From contig JBODTK010000013.1 in assembly GCA_050613775.1 (NCBI GenBank), forward strand, positions 248,001 through 312,000: a stretch of DNA of 64,000 nt. The letters are read 5' to 3'. The translations under genes and the position numbers were made by a program. Source of the DNA: Neocallimastix sp. 'constans' (Eukaryota). The notes below the pieces were generated by a model. It was not told the DNA's origin. It did no database searches and saw only the letters and a program-made list of their open reading frames with translations. Shown here one piece after another: positions 1-12,019 of this stretch; positions within the stretch are counted from its first letter, which is position 1; every line of letters starts with the position of its first letter.

Positions 1-649
1 TTCAACAAACCCATCAGATTCAATTTAACAAAAAATAAGAAATTTAAAATTCAATCAAAAAATAATAACAAATATCACAAACATTCAAAAATTAATTATA
101 TTCTTAATATTATTTAGAAGCTAATATAGAGAAGCGAAGACACAAAAGTCTAAAAGGTCAACCCGGTTCAATATGGACTCCGGCTTTTAGAAAAAGAAAA
201 AAAATATACAAATTACCAATACCAATATTGAACATACACCTACACCTAAGGTTAAGGCTACCAATCCAGTTTAATTCGTCTATTTAACAAATAATACTTG
301 GATAAGTTACCTAATCAAAATGAAACTATAGGAATTAGTTATGGAAAAATTCTTTTGAATACAAAAAATGATGATTATTCTAAAGGAATAATAATTCAAG
401 TTCCTGTTATTATTGAAGCCCTTATATTTGAAGTAATTTATTATTTAAATCAAAATTACATTTTATTTTTTTTATTTATTTTTATTCGAATATAATAATA
501 TTCTGATTAGGTAAATTATATTAAAGTCATTATTAAATATTTATTTTTTTTATATTCTAAAATTCCTCCTAAAATATTACAATCTTTAAATGTAATACTT
601 TTTATTTATATTATTTTAATTAAAGTATAATTCATCAATTTTGGTTAAT

Positions 650-1360
650 AAAGAATTTCTGTATTTATCCATTATTGTTCCGTTTAAATACTATGTAAAT
701 CCATCAGCGAGATTATTTTCAGATTTTATATATTTAAGATATATTTTATTTTCTTTGACTATTTCTCTAATGTAATGAACCCTAATATCTACATGTTTAG
801 TTTTTGGGTTGATAGACTGATTTTTAGCATTATAAGTAACTGCTTTATTATCAACATTTACCTCAATAATTTTAATATTAATATTCAATTCTTCGAATAA
901 ATTTAAGCACTATATATATTGCTTACCAATTTCACTAAGACTGTAATGTTCGGACTCGGCTGTTTAAGTCGATATGAAATTTTGTAATTTTAAATACCAG
1001 TTGGTGTACTACCAAATGTTAAAAATCCAGTTGTTGAACTTCTAGTTTCCAAATAACTTCTGTAATTCAAATCGACATATACTTTAATATTTTGATTAGT
1101 TGTGAAATTTATTCCATATTTTTTAATGCCTTTTAAGTATCTTAATATTCTTATTACCTTATTTCAGTCTTCCATATTTGGTTCTTTTGCTCTTCTAGCT
1201 GCTTTTGATACAGGGAAAATAATGTCGTGTCTAGTACATATACTGAGATATAATAAATTTCTGATTATACTTCGATATTTTGTCTCATCAACTTTTATCT
1301 TCTGTAATACTTTTGATAATTTGTGTTTTTCGTTACTTGAATTTGATATGAAGGTTTCAT
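650..1360 (-). pseudogene. Copia RT C-terminus and RNase H remnant
   Basis: ORF 691-888 has VDNKA...KTKHVDIRVHYIRE...ENNLADGFT, the Ty1/copia RNase H signature. Upstream disrupted frames give LLYLSICTRHDIIF, ILRYLKG, YVD..RSSTTG and AESEHYSLSE. The RT YVDD core is not seen. Confidence 0.9.
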
Positions 1361-2559
1361 CTCTATTTCTTTTTTCTTAATATATAGGAGATTCTATGTT
1401 GAACAGTTCATTATTCATTAAGTTATTGATATTTTGTTGTTCATTGTTGTTATTTTTATTTTTATTTTAATTATAACTGACGGTATTTTAATTATCTGGA
1501 TTATTTTTATTGTTTTCAGTGATCATATTGTTGTTTTAATTAATATTATTATTTGTTTTGTTATTATTGCTGTTGATGGTGTGTTGTTATTAGTGTTATT
1601 TTTATTATTATTATTATTCGTGTTATTGATATTATTATTGTTGTTGTTAATGTTATTATCTTGAGATTATATTTTGTTATTATAATTTTTATTGTAATAA
1701 TTATCAATATTTTTGGTGTTGTTATTATTGTTTCTTCTCTTGTTATATTTTCTATTATTTTTCATTTAATTGTTTTAACTTAGTATATGTAAAGATTTAA
1801 TAAATCTTTAATACATTAAATAGCTTAATTTTTCGTACAATTAATTTATTTAATGTATATGAATTATTTTTTAATATAAAATTTATTTATATTAAATTTA
1901 ATTATTTTTTAAATTGAAAATATTTTTTTGATTAGTTTAGTTAACTTAATTTAGTTTTAAATAGTTAAATATTAATTTAGGAATAATCTTAAATAGTTAA
2001 TATTTATAAAAATAGTTTTTCAATATTAAATATATAATTAAAATTATTATAAGTACTAAAGTAATAAATAAAATAAAGAGTTTAAAAAATTAATTTGAGT
2101 TTTAGTAAATTAATAAATAATAAAATTATTAATTAAAAAATCTTTTGTTTATAAATAAATAGTTTTATATAATTATTAAATAATATCATATATTAATAAT
2201 GTAATTTTTCTCAATTAAATCGATGTATTAGTTATTAACTATTTTACAGTTAATAACGTAAAAGAAATTTATAATTAATAAAAAGAATTTAATAATAAAA
2301 GAATTTACTTATTTGTTTAAATTGAAAAGTGTTTTTTATTGTTATAATCTATTTTAATTGACGGATTCATTACAGTATATCACTTTTATTAATTTGTGTA
2401 TTATTGTTTAATATATTTGAATATTATTTGAATTATTATTATTATATTGTAAATACGGATTATTATTGTTAATATTATTGAAATCTGTGCAATGGTTTAT
2501 ATCATACATGTCATCATAAAAGTAGGTATTATTATTCCTTCTGATTATATAATTGGGAA

Positions 2560-3300
2560 TAAAATTTGAGATAACATTATCGTAATGGGATAAATGTGAA
2601 TTACCTGGTGTAAATTCAAAATATTAAACATTTCGTGTTATTATAATTTTATCATTTGTTAAATCAAGAATTTTGTATGCTGTGGATTATCAACTTACCA
2701 CAAGAATATACCAGTAGATGAATTATTTTGAAGTTTGATACGGAATGATTTTTGAATTAAATAAAGAACTTTACATCTGAAGACACGTATGTTTGAGTAA
2801 TCAACTTTGTTATTAGTTAGAAGTTCATATGGAATATTATTGTTTATTCCTTTATGAGGGATTCGGTTATTAATGTAGTTGGAAGTGGCTACGGCGTCTT
2901 CCCAAAATTGTAAACTTAATTTTTCATCATTTAACATTGATTTTGCAGAATTGATTATAGTACTGTTGAATTGTTCAATCCTACCATTTTGTTGTGGATA
3001 GTAGGGAACAGTAAATTGATGTTGTATTCCAAAGTTAATACATAATTGTTTAAAATTTTTGTTGTTAAATTCGGTGCCATTATCTATATGTATATATTGA
3101 ATTCTTTTATTAAATTGATTTTTTATTTTATTAAACCAATTATGGAAGTGATAAAAAGTATCTGATTTACTCTTCATAAAGAGGGTCCACCCAAATCTTG
3201 AATGGTCATCCAAGATGATTAAAATATATTTGTTGCCGTAAATAGAATTTTGGATTGGACCTATGAGATTCTTCATGATTATATTTTTGCTAATTTCAAA
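2560..3300 (-). pseudogene. Copia integrase (rve) remnant
   Basis: ORF 2695-3384 has GNKYILIILDDHSRFGW, HIDNGTEF, FTVPYYPQQNGRIE, FWEDAVATSNYINNR and an SH3-like GIF(L)W/G tail. The N-terminal zinc-binding part is replaced by unrelated sequence. Confidence 0.93.
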
Positions 3301-4696
3301 CGGGTTATCTCTATTAACACCGATAAATAAAAAACATTCATTATATTTTATATTTTTCCAATCAAGTTTTATTTTTATCCACAAATTAGAAACGTTATAT
3401 TATTCAGTAACAATTATCCCATAGAGAGATTCCGAAACAATATATTTACAATATTTCATTAATAACATCTAACCAATGATTGTATCCTTTTAACTTTAAT
3501 AAATGAATTTCTTTATATTTAGTAAGATGTTCAATCATTTCACTATTTAGAGAACCACAATGTGAAATTAATCTCTTGCAGAATTAACCACATTAATGTA
3601 TTACTTATTATTTCTCTTCTTAGTCCAATGCTGGTATTTGAGGAAGTGCACTAATTACACTTTCATTAATATTGTTCTTATTGTTATCTTCATTTATTAT
3701 ATTAATATATAAATTTTTGGTACTACTGCAAGAACTGTTACTAGTATTGTTATTTTATTATTGCTATCTTTAACATTATTACTGCAGCTAGTTATATGTT
3801 CGTTTGTAAAAGAACTAAATATTTTATTTTTTCTTTCTTCATTTCCAGATTCATCATCAGTATTATTTTGGATTTTTTTTTTTTTTTTTTAGAAATATAA
3901 AGTGAAATACTTTTCTTCTAAACTTCCTTTCTAGTCTTTTTTTTTTTATTATATATATATATATATTTTTACGTGATTCTATAATTTATTTTTTTTTTTT
4001 TAAATTATTAACATATTGTTGATTATTTGGATGATTTTGATCTTTATAATTATTGTGATTATAATAGCTGATAATGTAATTGATTATAATATTTGATTTG
4101 TTTTGATAGTGAATTTAAATAGATATTATTAATTAAAGTTTGTTAATATAATACACTTATAAAAATTAAAAATAAAATCTTATTGGTTTTATTTTATTTA
4201 TAAAACTTAAATTAATATTATTTTTATTAATAAATTGATTTAAAAAAATATTTATATTATATTTTTAATTGGTGAATTCAATATTATTTATTAAAGCTTG
4301 ATAATATAAGGAAATAGAAATTATTATGAATTAAGGTTTGAAAATGTGATGAAATAATTGGGTCAAAACTATTTATTGTACAAATTTAGATAATTTATAT
4401 AATTTTATTGTGGTAATTTTTAATTATTTGATATATAATTTAATTAAATTTTTTTTTTTTTTTTTTTTTATTCTTATATTTTTTTTTTTAAATAAATTTT
4501 GTTTATATTGTAAATGTTATCATTATTAAATATTAAATTTTAATATAAGTACAATATTACTTTTAAAAAGATAAACGTGATATAAGTGTATAATTTTTTG
4601 TTTATATTAATTTAATTTAAATGTTGATTTTAGAAACAATATAATACTTCATAAATTGTTGGGATAATTAAATATAATAATATATGTTTTAATATT

Positions 4697-5014
4697 ATTT
4701 TCAGGTTAACATTTTATAAACTGACAATTATTATATTTTCAGTTTAATAATATTTTTGTTTTGTTATCTGCTTATTAAATTTTTTTTTAATTATTTCAAT
4801 TGATTTATCTTATTATTTTAAGATCAAATGATTTCTTTATTATTTGCAGATTAACATTTATGTTACCTGACTATTATTGTATTTATTTTCAGTTTAACAT
4901 GTTAATAATTAACATATTAACTGACAATACTGTCATTTTCAGTTTAATTCAATATTAATTGACTATTCTATCATATATTTTTTAGTTTAATATTGAATTA
5001 ACTTACTATTCTTT

Positions 5015-5057
<43 letters not shown>

Positions 5058-5155
5058 CAAGATAAAATTTGATTAATTATATTATTTTTCAGTTCAAATT
5101 ATATTTGACTGACTATATTATTTTTTCAGTTCAAGTTATAATTTGTCTGACTATA
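4697..5155 (-). repeat. Array of TTTTCA-(stem-loop)-TGAC hairpins in the leader of a second non-autonomous LTR element
   Basis: About 7-10 units, e.g. ttttcagttcaaattatatttgactgac (5086-5113) and ttttcagtttaacatgttaataattaacatattaactgac. Same consensus as 15252-15985. Confidence 0.7.
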
Positions 5156-5482
5156 ATAAATATAAATATTTTATTTATAATGAATTATTATATTATTAAA
5201 TTGTATTAATCCCTTATAAATTTATTTTAAAATATTTCTAATAATATATTTTGATTATATTATTATTAAAATGACAAAATTAATTATAAAGACTATAATT
5301 AATTATATTATTTCTTTGTCAATTCGAAGTTAAATATTTTTATTGATAAATATAAAAATAAAAATGATACTGAATATTGAAAATAGGAATGTGTTAGATT
5401 AATTTATTTATAAGATGAATATATTTATGTATATAAATTATATAAATTATAACTTAACTTTTGGTTGAGCTCAGTTATAGGC

Positions 5483-5496
5483 TGAGACTCTTAATC
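5483..5496 (-). promoter_or_regulatory. Primer-binding site complementary to the tRNA-Lys(CUU) anticodon arm
   Basis: Plus strand TGAGACTCTTAATC is identical to 16301-16314 and abuts an LTR-like segment. Upstream gagctcag resembles the tRNA D-stem. Confidence 0.75.
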
Positions 5497-5617
5497 TTTT
5501 AGAAATAAAAATATCTTTATTATGTTAAAAAAATTAGAATGACATCTATTTATGAAATTATACATTTTTGTGGTATTTATAGTTTACATAATATACGGCT
5601 TATTATTACCTATCATA
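5497..5617 (-). mobile_element. Truncated LTR related to the 10507-16521 element
   Basis: ttttagaaataaaaatatctttattatgtt...tatttatagttt...ata(c/t)ggct...ttattatta...tcata aligns with 16315-16438. It is joined directly to the broken copia gag. Confidence 0.7.
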
Positions 5618-5619
5618 TT

Positions 5620-6176
5620 TTCTCGAAATTCATCAAGGTATTTTGTAGTTCAGAAATAAGAATATTAATATCCACTTCTGGGTTGTACTTTAAATTATCA
5701 ATCTTATTTTTAGGTTCTAATTTACAAGTATTAATGCTTTTAGTTAAAGATCTTTTTAGGATTCTTCACAATTCGAAAGCTGTTTTGTTTGATCCTTGCA
5801 CAATTCCTTGATTCTTTTCTCCAAGACTGTTTAAGACGATCCATTTTGTTGTAATATAATTATTGATGTCAACCACATTGGTATTTTTATCATACACCAA
5901 TGTGTCATCAAATTCATCTTCAATATACTCAGAGAGGTCATATTTTATATCTCTTTTCCTTAACTTTTTAACTTTTTCTTTGGTGATAAAACCAACTAGG
6001 TTGTTAAATGATAATAGATGAAGAATTTTGGTTCTCCATTTATTATAATTTTCGGTATTTGATTCAATTATTCTATTATAATTTTCAAAATAGTTAAATT
6101 TAATTGTTGTCCTGATGTCATTAGGTTCCTCGATGGTAATCACTTGATTTCTATTAGTTTTTCTTGTATTAGCCAT
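5620..6176 (-). pseudogene. Copia gag N-terminal remnant
   Basis: ORF 5766-6176 has NTENYNKWRTKILHLL...WIVLNSL...KTAFEL. It continues past a stop as ILKRSL...KIDNLKYNPEVDINILISEL (Retrotran_gag_2/UBN2-like) and is cut at ~5620. Confidence 0.75.
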
Positions 6177-7399
6177 TGCTGAAAATTTTGAATAAATTAA
6201 TTTATTTTATTAATAATTTATTAGTATTTTATATTATGAGAATACTTTAAAATATATTTGAAAATTTGTATGTTTATTTAAAAGTATATAATATATTAAT
6301 AAAAATTTTATTCTATTTTCATTAAATAAATACAAAATAAAATAAACATTGTTTAATATTTCTATGAAAATTTATAATAAACTTTAATAATATATATTTT
6401 TGACAATTGATTACGTTATATTTATTGCTTAAAATAAAGGGTTATAAAAATAATATATTTCAGTTATATGATTGGTTTCTATTTTTATCTTTTACTTTTA
6501 ATATAATATTTTCATTATGTCATTTGATATTAATTTTAATTAAAAATTGATATTATTGGCTTTATATGTTTGAAAAAGTATTTATATTTATTAGTATTGA
6601 AGTTAAATTTATTTTGTTTTTTGAATGATAATTTTAATTTATTAATTTACTATATAATACAAAGATTTATATTTTGATGGTTAATAATTAACAATAGTAT
6701 TATGAATAAGACAAAATTAATTATAAAAATGGTAATTAATTTTCTTATCAAATTTTTGTTTTATTTCTTTTATATATTTTATCTAAATATAATATTCTGA
6801 TTGGGTAAGTTATATTAAAGTCATTATTATAATAAATAGAAAAAGATAACAGCCTTAAATGAATAATAATAAATAGTCTAGAGGATAAAACCTTTAAATT
6901 AGTGGAAGGAAATGAAAAAATGGCATATTATATATAAGAAATTTCAAAAGGATTGTTCATAAAAAGGGTTGGAAGAAGAAAATTAGAGATTGAAAAAGAA
7001 ATCAAAGAAATAAAACACAATATTTATGAAAATTTTAGTGTTTCTTTTGAAAATCTACAAAATCTTGTTGATTTTCAAGAAATTTATAATAAAATCTTGT
7101 CTAAATATAGAAGAAAAGACGTTTTTGTAATATATACAGTATTTGGGTATGAATCTCCTGGACATAAGTCTAACTTTTCTTTTCGTATTATTTTCATAAG
7201 AATATTCTTTGTATTTAAAATTCATCTAAAAAATATAGCATTCGCTTCTTCTGGTATCTTATTTTATATTTTCATATTTTCCAAGTTTGTATTAATAGAT
7301 TCTAATCATATGCTTTGATCTTCCAATTTAAATATATTTATATAATATAATAATTCATATAGTTCAATTTTTTTATTTCTTACATTACTTTTATTATTA

Positions 7400-8030
7400 T
7401 TTGAATTTTTTAATGTTCTTTTCTTCCTTGAGTCATATTAATTTGGATATTATTGCTTATTGTCTTAAGTTCTGTGTATTTCAGTTATAATGTTTTTTTA
7501 CATACACTCAGCTTTTTTTCTAGTTAGATTTATATTTGAAATATTTATGAACTTTAAGTTCTCTGGTATAGCCATGTTAAGGATTCTTGTTTTGATGTAT
7601 CAGGCATGTCTTCTCCTAAGTTTTCAAAGTTCATCAATGTAATTCTAAAATATGGATAAAAAATTATTTATGTCATCATTACCTGAGAATTTTATATTTT
7701 CGATTTGTTCCTTTAAATTAATTTTCCTTTATTCTTCTTTTTTTGCAAAAGATCTGAGAAGAATATTCCTTATTTGAAAATATATTTTATTGTTACTTTG
7801 AATGTTTTTTTATATTATTTTATTGAGACTATTTGTACAGATCCCTTTTCTTAAAATTGGAAACAATAAAAGCAGAATTCCATTTAATAGTGAAGTCATC
7901 ATTACAAATTGTATTAAATAACAAAAATGAACATTTTGCACATTCATAATAAATAATTTCTTAACCCAAAAAATTGAATTAAAATGAGTAAATATGTTCG
8001 TTTTTTCAGGTACCAACCATTAACATTTCA
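7400..8030 (-). pseudogene. Second, more degraded copia gag remnant
   Basis: Frameshifted pieces resemble the 5620-6176 gag: an N-terminal NGWY-type motif, then ...LKNLGEDMPD...ILNMAIPENLKFIN. Confidence 0.5.
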
Positions 8031-8033
8031 GCT

Positions 8034-8064
<31 letters not shown>

Positions 8065-9299
8065 GGTGAAAAATACACTTCTAATGCTTTATTAAATAAG
8101 TAATTATTATTTTTATGTATTATATTTTTTAAAAAAATAAATTAAATCATTTAAAGATACAAATAAAATGTATGTTAAAGTTTAAGATACAATTAAAATG
8201 TATGTTAAAGTTTAAGATAAAAATAATAAAAATTCAAAAAAAAAAAATAAATAAAAATTAAATTAATCATAGAAAATTTAATTCAATAAAGAATAAAAAT
8301 AGGTTCAAAAGTAAAAAAATTTCTCTGTGATGTATACTATGTGTAGTAAAATGATCATCATTTAAACCTAAAATAATAAAGCGAAGAAGTAACAACTTAA
8401 ATAGATAATGTGGTATCCGCTAAATTTCAATTGAAAATACAGATTGATTTTCATTAGGATAATTACTTCTTATGGATTCTGTGAGCGGAAGTAAACTATT
8501 AGTATTTGTGTCTGAAATGTATATAATAGGACTACTAATGGTATTGTTCCTAAGCCATATCAATACGACATTGGCATTTTTGGTATTGAAGAATTTCTTA
8601 CTAAATCGATCAAAAATTATCACAAGAGAACAACTAATGATAGGTAATGTTTTAGTAAGATAACACAAAAGCCCAACAATATATGGATTAGTATACTCAT
8701 GTGAATTGCTTAAGAGTAACTTATTTAAATTTCTCCGTTTCTCAATATTGAATTGTAATTCATCTAAAGTTTAAATTCCATAAAGAAAGAATACGAAAAT
8801 ATATTATGGATAATTCTTTTTCATATTCTAAAATATTAGTTATGTATATATATATATATTTTTTTTAGGTGTGTACCGTCCTTGGCTTTATCCACTCCCT
8901 TAGAAGCAGTGGGAATATTGAGGTAATCACACATTTCCTTTTATAAAGACAGAATTGTTCCTACTGAAAGACATTACTGAGTTTTTAGCTTTGGGGCTCT
9001 GACATGTATACTATTGCTGAGAAATTTATTAGTATAATGTCACCTACTTTCTTTGAAGCAAGATCAGTATAACCTAACCCATATGTTTTGTAATAGCTCT
9101 CTGGCAACTGCATAAATTATCCGAAAGATTGTAATTTAATAGAATATATTTAAAAATACATATGAAATCATGTACCATACCCTCTAATTTAGTCTATTAT
9201 CTATTCTAATATATAAAGGGAACATACTTACCTGTGACCCTAACCACCATATTCCGTAAAAACCTCTTTGAGGAAAACTTAAAGCATTATGTATGCTAG

Positions 9300-10250
9300 C
9301 CGCAGACATACAACCAGGATAGATCCTGGTTAAATTTAGATTATGTAGGTAATAAGGAAAAAGTCCTTATTTTATAATTGAATATTCCAAAAAGGTTATT
9401 GATGAAATTTAAAGATTCGCATCTACATATTGAAAAGGAAGAATATTGGAATATTCAATAAATTTAATAAATTGACAATGGTTCACCTTCTCCGCAGTAT
9501 GGGCAGATTTTCGGACAAATTTCGAAACCTTTTCCACATCTGATAGCTGTAGTTGAGTAGTATTTGAAATCAGATCTTAATCTTAAAATCCAGATAAAGC
9601 TTTAAATAAATTGGGGATAGTCACGGATATCAATAAGTTAATTCTCAGGGGAAATTAAATTTTAATTCTTTTTGGTTTTAATAGAATGGAGATGGGCCAA
9701 CGAATATGTAGGCTTATTTAATTTTTTTAAGACATTTCCATCCAAGGTGATAATCCTTTGAAATAAAAAAAATTATTAATTTTCAACAATATTTGATTTA
9801 TAACGTTTAGAATAAATTGTATTTCTAGTTTCCTTAATCGATTTACATAATTTATAATAATGAGTAAATTGACCAAAAAATTTTATTTATATAACTGTAT
9901 TCAAGTTCATTTGCTAAAATTGAAAATTAATTAAGTTAATGAATTATTTGTATATTTAGTATTACAAATATGTTTAGACTGTATGAAAGATATTTTAGGT
10001 TTCATAAAACTAATCGAAAGTTCCTTATTACAAGAAAATATAATAGGTTTATGATAAGATATACCAATAAATGAAAAACAAGAAGGTGATAAAGGAATAT
10101 GATGAACCACAGCTTTATTATAGATTATATGATCAATTAATGTGGATTTAAAACCATTTGGCATAAGTAATATTATTATAAGAGAGCTTAGCAATAGTAA
10201 AGTCAGGAACACATTTTTAAATATATTTCTTAAATTATTCAAAGGTCATA
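9300..10250 (-). pseudogene. Probable non-LTR (LINE-like) retrotransposon ORF2 C-terminal remnant
   Basis: Minus translation near 9480-9600 gives WILRLRSDFKYYSTTAIRCGKGFEICPKICPYCGEGE, resembling the LINE C-terminal LR...CPxC..E zinc finger. Many stops; no RT core recognised. Confidence 0.45.
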
Positions 10251-10506
10251 TATATTGAAGTTCCCAACAAAAATCGCATGAGAACTATTATTTGTATGAT
10301 AAATCAAATTTAGAGAAAGCTTTTAAACGAGCATAAGTTTATTTATTTTAAAAGAAGTAAATGTTACCAATTGAGCACTTTTGATTCCAAAAAGATGTTA
10401 TTAACTGATATAATATAACTATAAATTAATTTTTTGGAGAAAGATACATATTATTTTGAATATTGAATTCTTTTAAACAACTGAATCCATTTTGTATTTT
10501 CAAGTT

Positions 10507-10713
10507 TTTTAAAATGAAAATTATCTTTATTATGTTCAACTATGTGAAAGAATATATAAATTCATATTTTATATTTTTATGATATTTATAGTTATTATAT
10601 TATATGGCTCGTTATTATTATTGGTCATATAACTTACACAAAATATATTAATATACATAACACTACTCCTTAAATTAACATAATTATAATCTCTAATATT
10701 TATATTTCTAACA
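10507..10713 (-). repeat. 3' LTR (TGTTAG...CATTTTAAAA)
   Basis: Near-identical to 16315-16521 and preceded on the minus strand by the PPT. Confidence 0.95.
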
Positions 10714-10724
10714 TTCCTCCTCAA
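10714..10724 (-). promoter_or_regulatory. Polypurine tract
   Basis: Minus-strand GAGGAGGAA sits immediately before the TGTTAG LTR start. Confidence 0.9.
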
Positions 10725-11859
10725 ATCTAACTTGAATAAAAGTTAGAGTTGAACAGAAATATAAAATATAAAAAAATATAACAGTTGTAGATTTTAATAT
10801 AGATTAATAAATATTTATTAATCTATATATATAAGCTTTAATGAAAAATTTTATATAATAAAAAAATATAAATGTTTGTATTAATATTTAAATAAAATTA
10901 TTGTTGGATAAGTTACTACGGTGCAACACATATGTTTCTTTCAAATTTTATATTTATATATAACAGTAATATACTTAATTTATTTTATAATTAATTGGTA
11001 ATTTAGGAAGGTGCTTCAACAACTTCAGTATAATTACAAAAATAAATTCCTTAATTAGATTCATGTACCATTAGTATGAAAAAAAAATAAAATTAAATGT
11101 ATTAATTATATAATGATATATTTAAATGCTTTAAGCTGCTGAACTTTACATATAAATTGTAAATTATAAAATAAGTTTATTTTTGTTGTAGTTGGAATAT
11201 AATAATACAATAATTTGTTTTCAATAGAATATTTCATATTTTGATATTTTGACCATTCTAGCTCATATTTGTAAACAGTATTTTCGGGTGTGTCAGATTA
11301 TTTGAATATTCCTTCCTTATTTCTAAATTTTTAATATTCTTTCTCTTGAATTCCATTGACGGCTTTAATTTAATAAATTAATCATTATATTTCATTAATT
11401 ATATAAGTTTACATTTTCTTTTTTTTTTTATACATGAATTCTTTGAATCTTGATTACATGCTTTCGATTTATTTATATTTAATAATTTCTTTTTAAAATT
11501 TAAATTTGAAATACATTAAATAAAAAAACTTATTTAAACTGAATACTAGAATAATATTGACATTATATTGTAAAATATTAATAACTTAAACAGGGTCTTA
11601 GTGATATAAATAGTTTCTTATAGCTTTGAATATTAATTGTCAAAGTGTAAATGTTTTCAGATATTATATTTTGAATTAAAATATTAATAAACCCATAATT
11701 TCTTATTTGGTCAATTGTTGTGAAAATTATTTACAGAACTCTTCAATGAAACTTTAAGCCAAATAATGAACTTTTAATGACAGGATTTAATAAAATTCTT
11801 TTGAAATATATATTTATGTTAAACTTTTATTAGAGTTGATTTTTTTTTTATTCACCTCT

Positions 11860-12000
11860 TTCATTCTTTTTAATTATACAATACAATGCATCAGGAAGAA
11901 TAAAATAATTGTGGTACTGCCTGTAGCACCAACAACTGACAAAACAACTCTAAGATCTTTAGCAGAATACCCTAGAGTATAAGGCATAGTAAGGAGTATT
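11860..12000 (-). pseudogene. Captured fragment of an AVT/Aa_trans-family amino-acid transporter gene
   Basis: Minus translation is ILLTMPYTLGYSAKDLRVVLSVVGATGSTTI, then after a 1-nt frameshift FILPDALY. This matches the recalled AVT5-7-like motif DL..VL..VGATGSTTI.FILP..Y. Confidence 0.7.
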
Positions 12001-12019
12001 CTTTTAATACTATTATGAA

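Larger units (their letters stand above)
430..6830 (-). mobile_element. Decayed, internally rearranged Ty1/copia LTR retrotransposon region (possibly a composite of several copies)
   Basis: Minus-strand order is gag (5620-6176), integrase (2560-3300), RT/RNaseH (650-1360), the copia order. A PPT-like AGGAGGAA lies at ~563-570 on the minus strand. Two diverged direct-repeat segments, aatattctgatt(a/g)ggtaa(a/g)ttatattaaagtcattatta at ~497-535 and ~6791-6829, are candidate LTR remnants. Confidence 0.75.

Noticed and set aside
8420..9250. Coding-like, slightly GC-richer segment
   Set aside because: Possibly more LINE 3' sequence, but I recognised no motif and cannot support a call.
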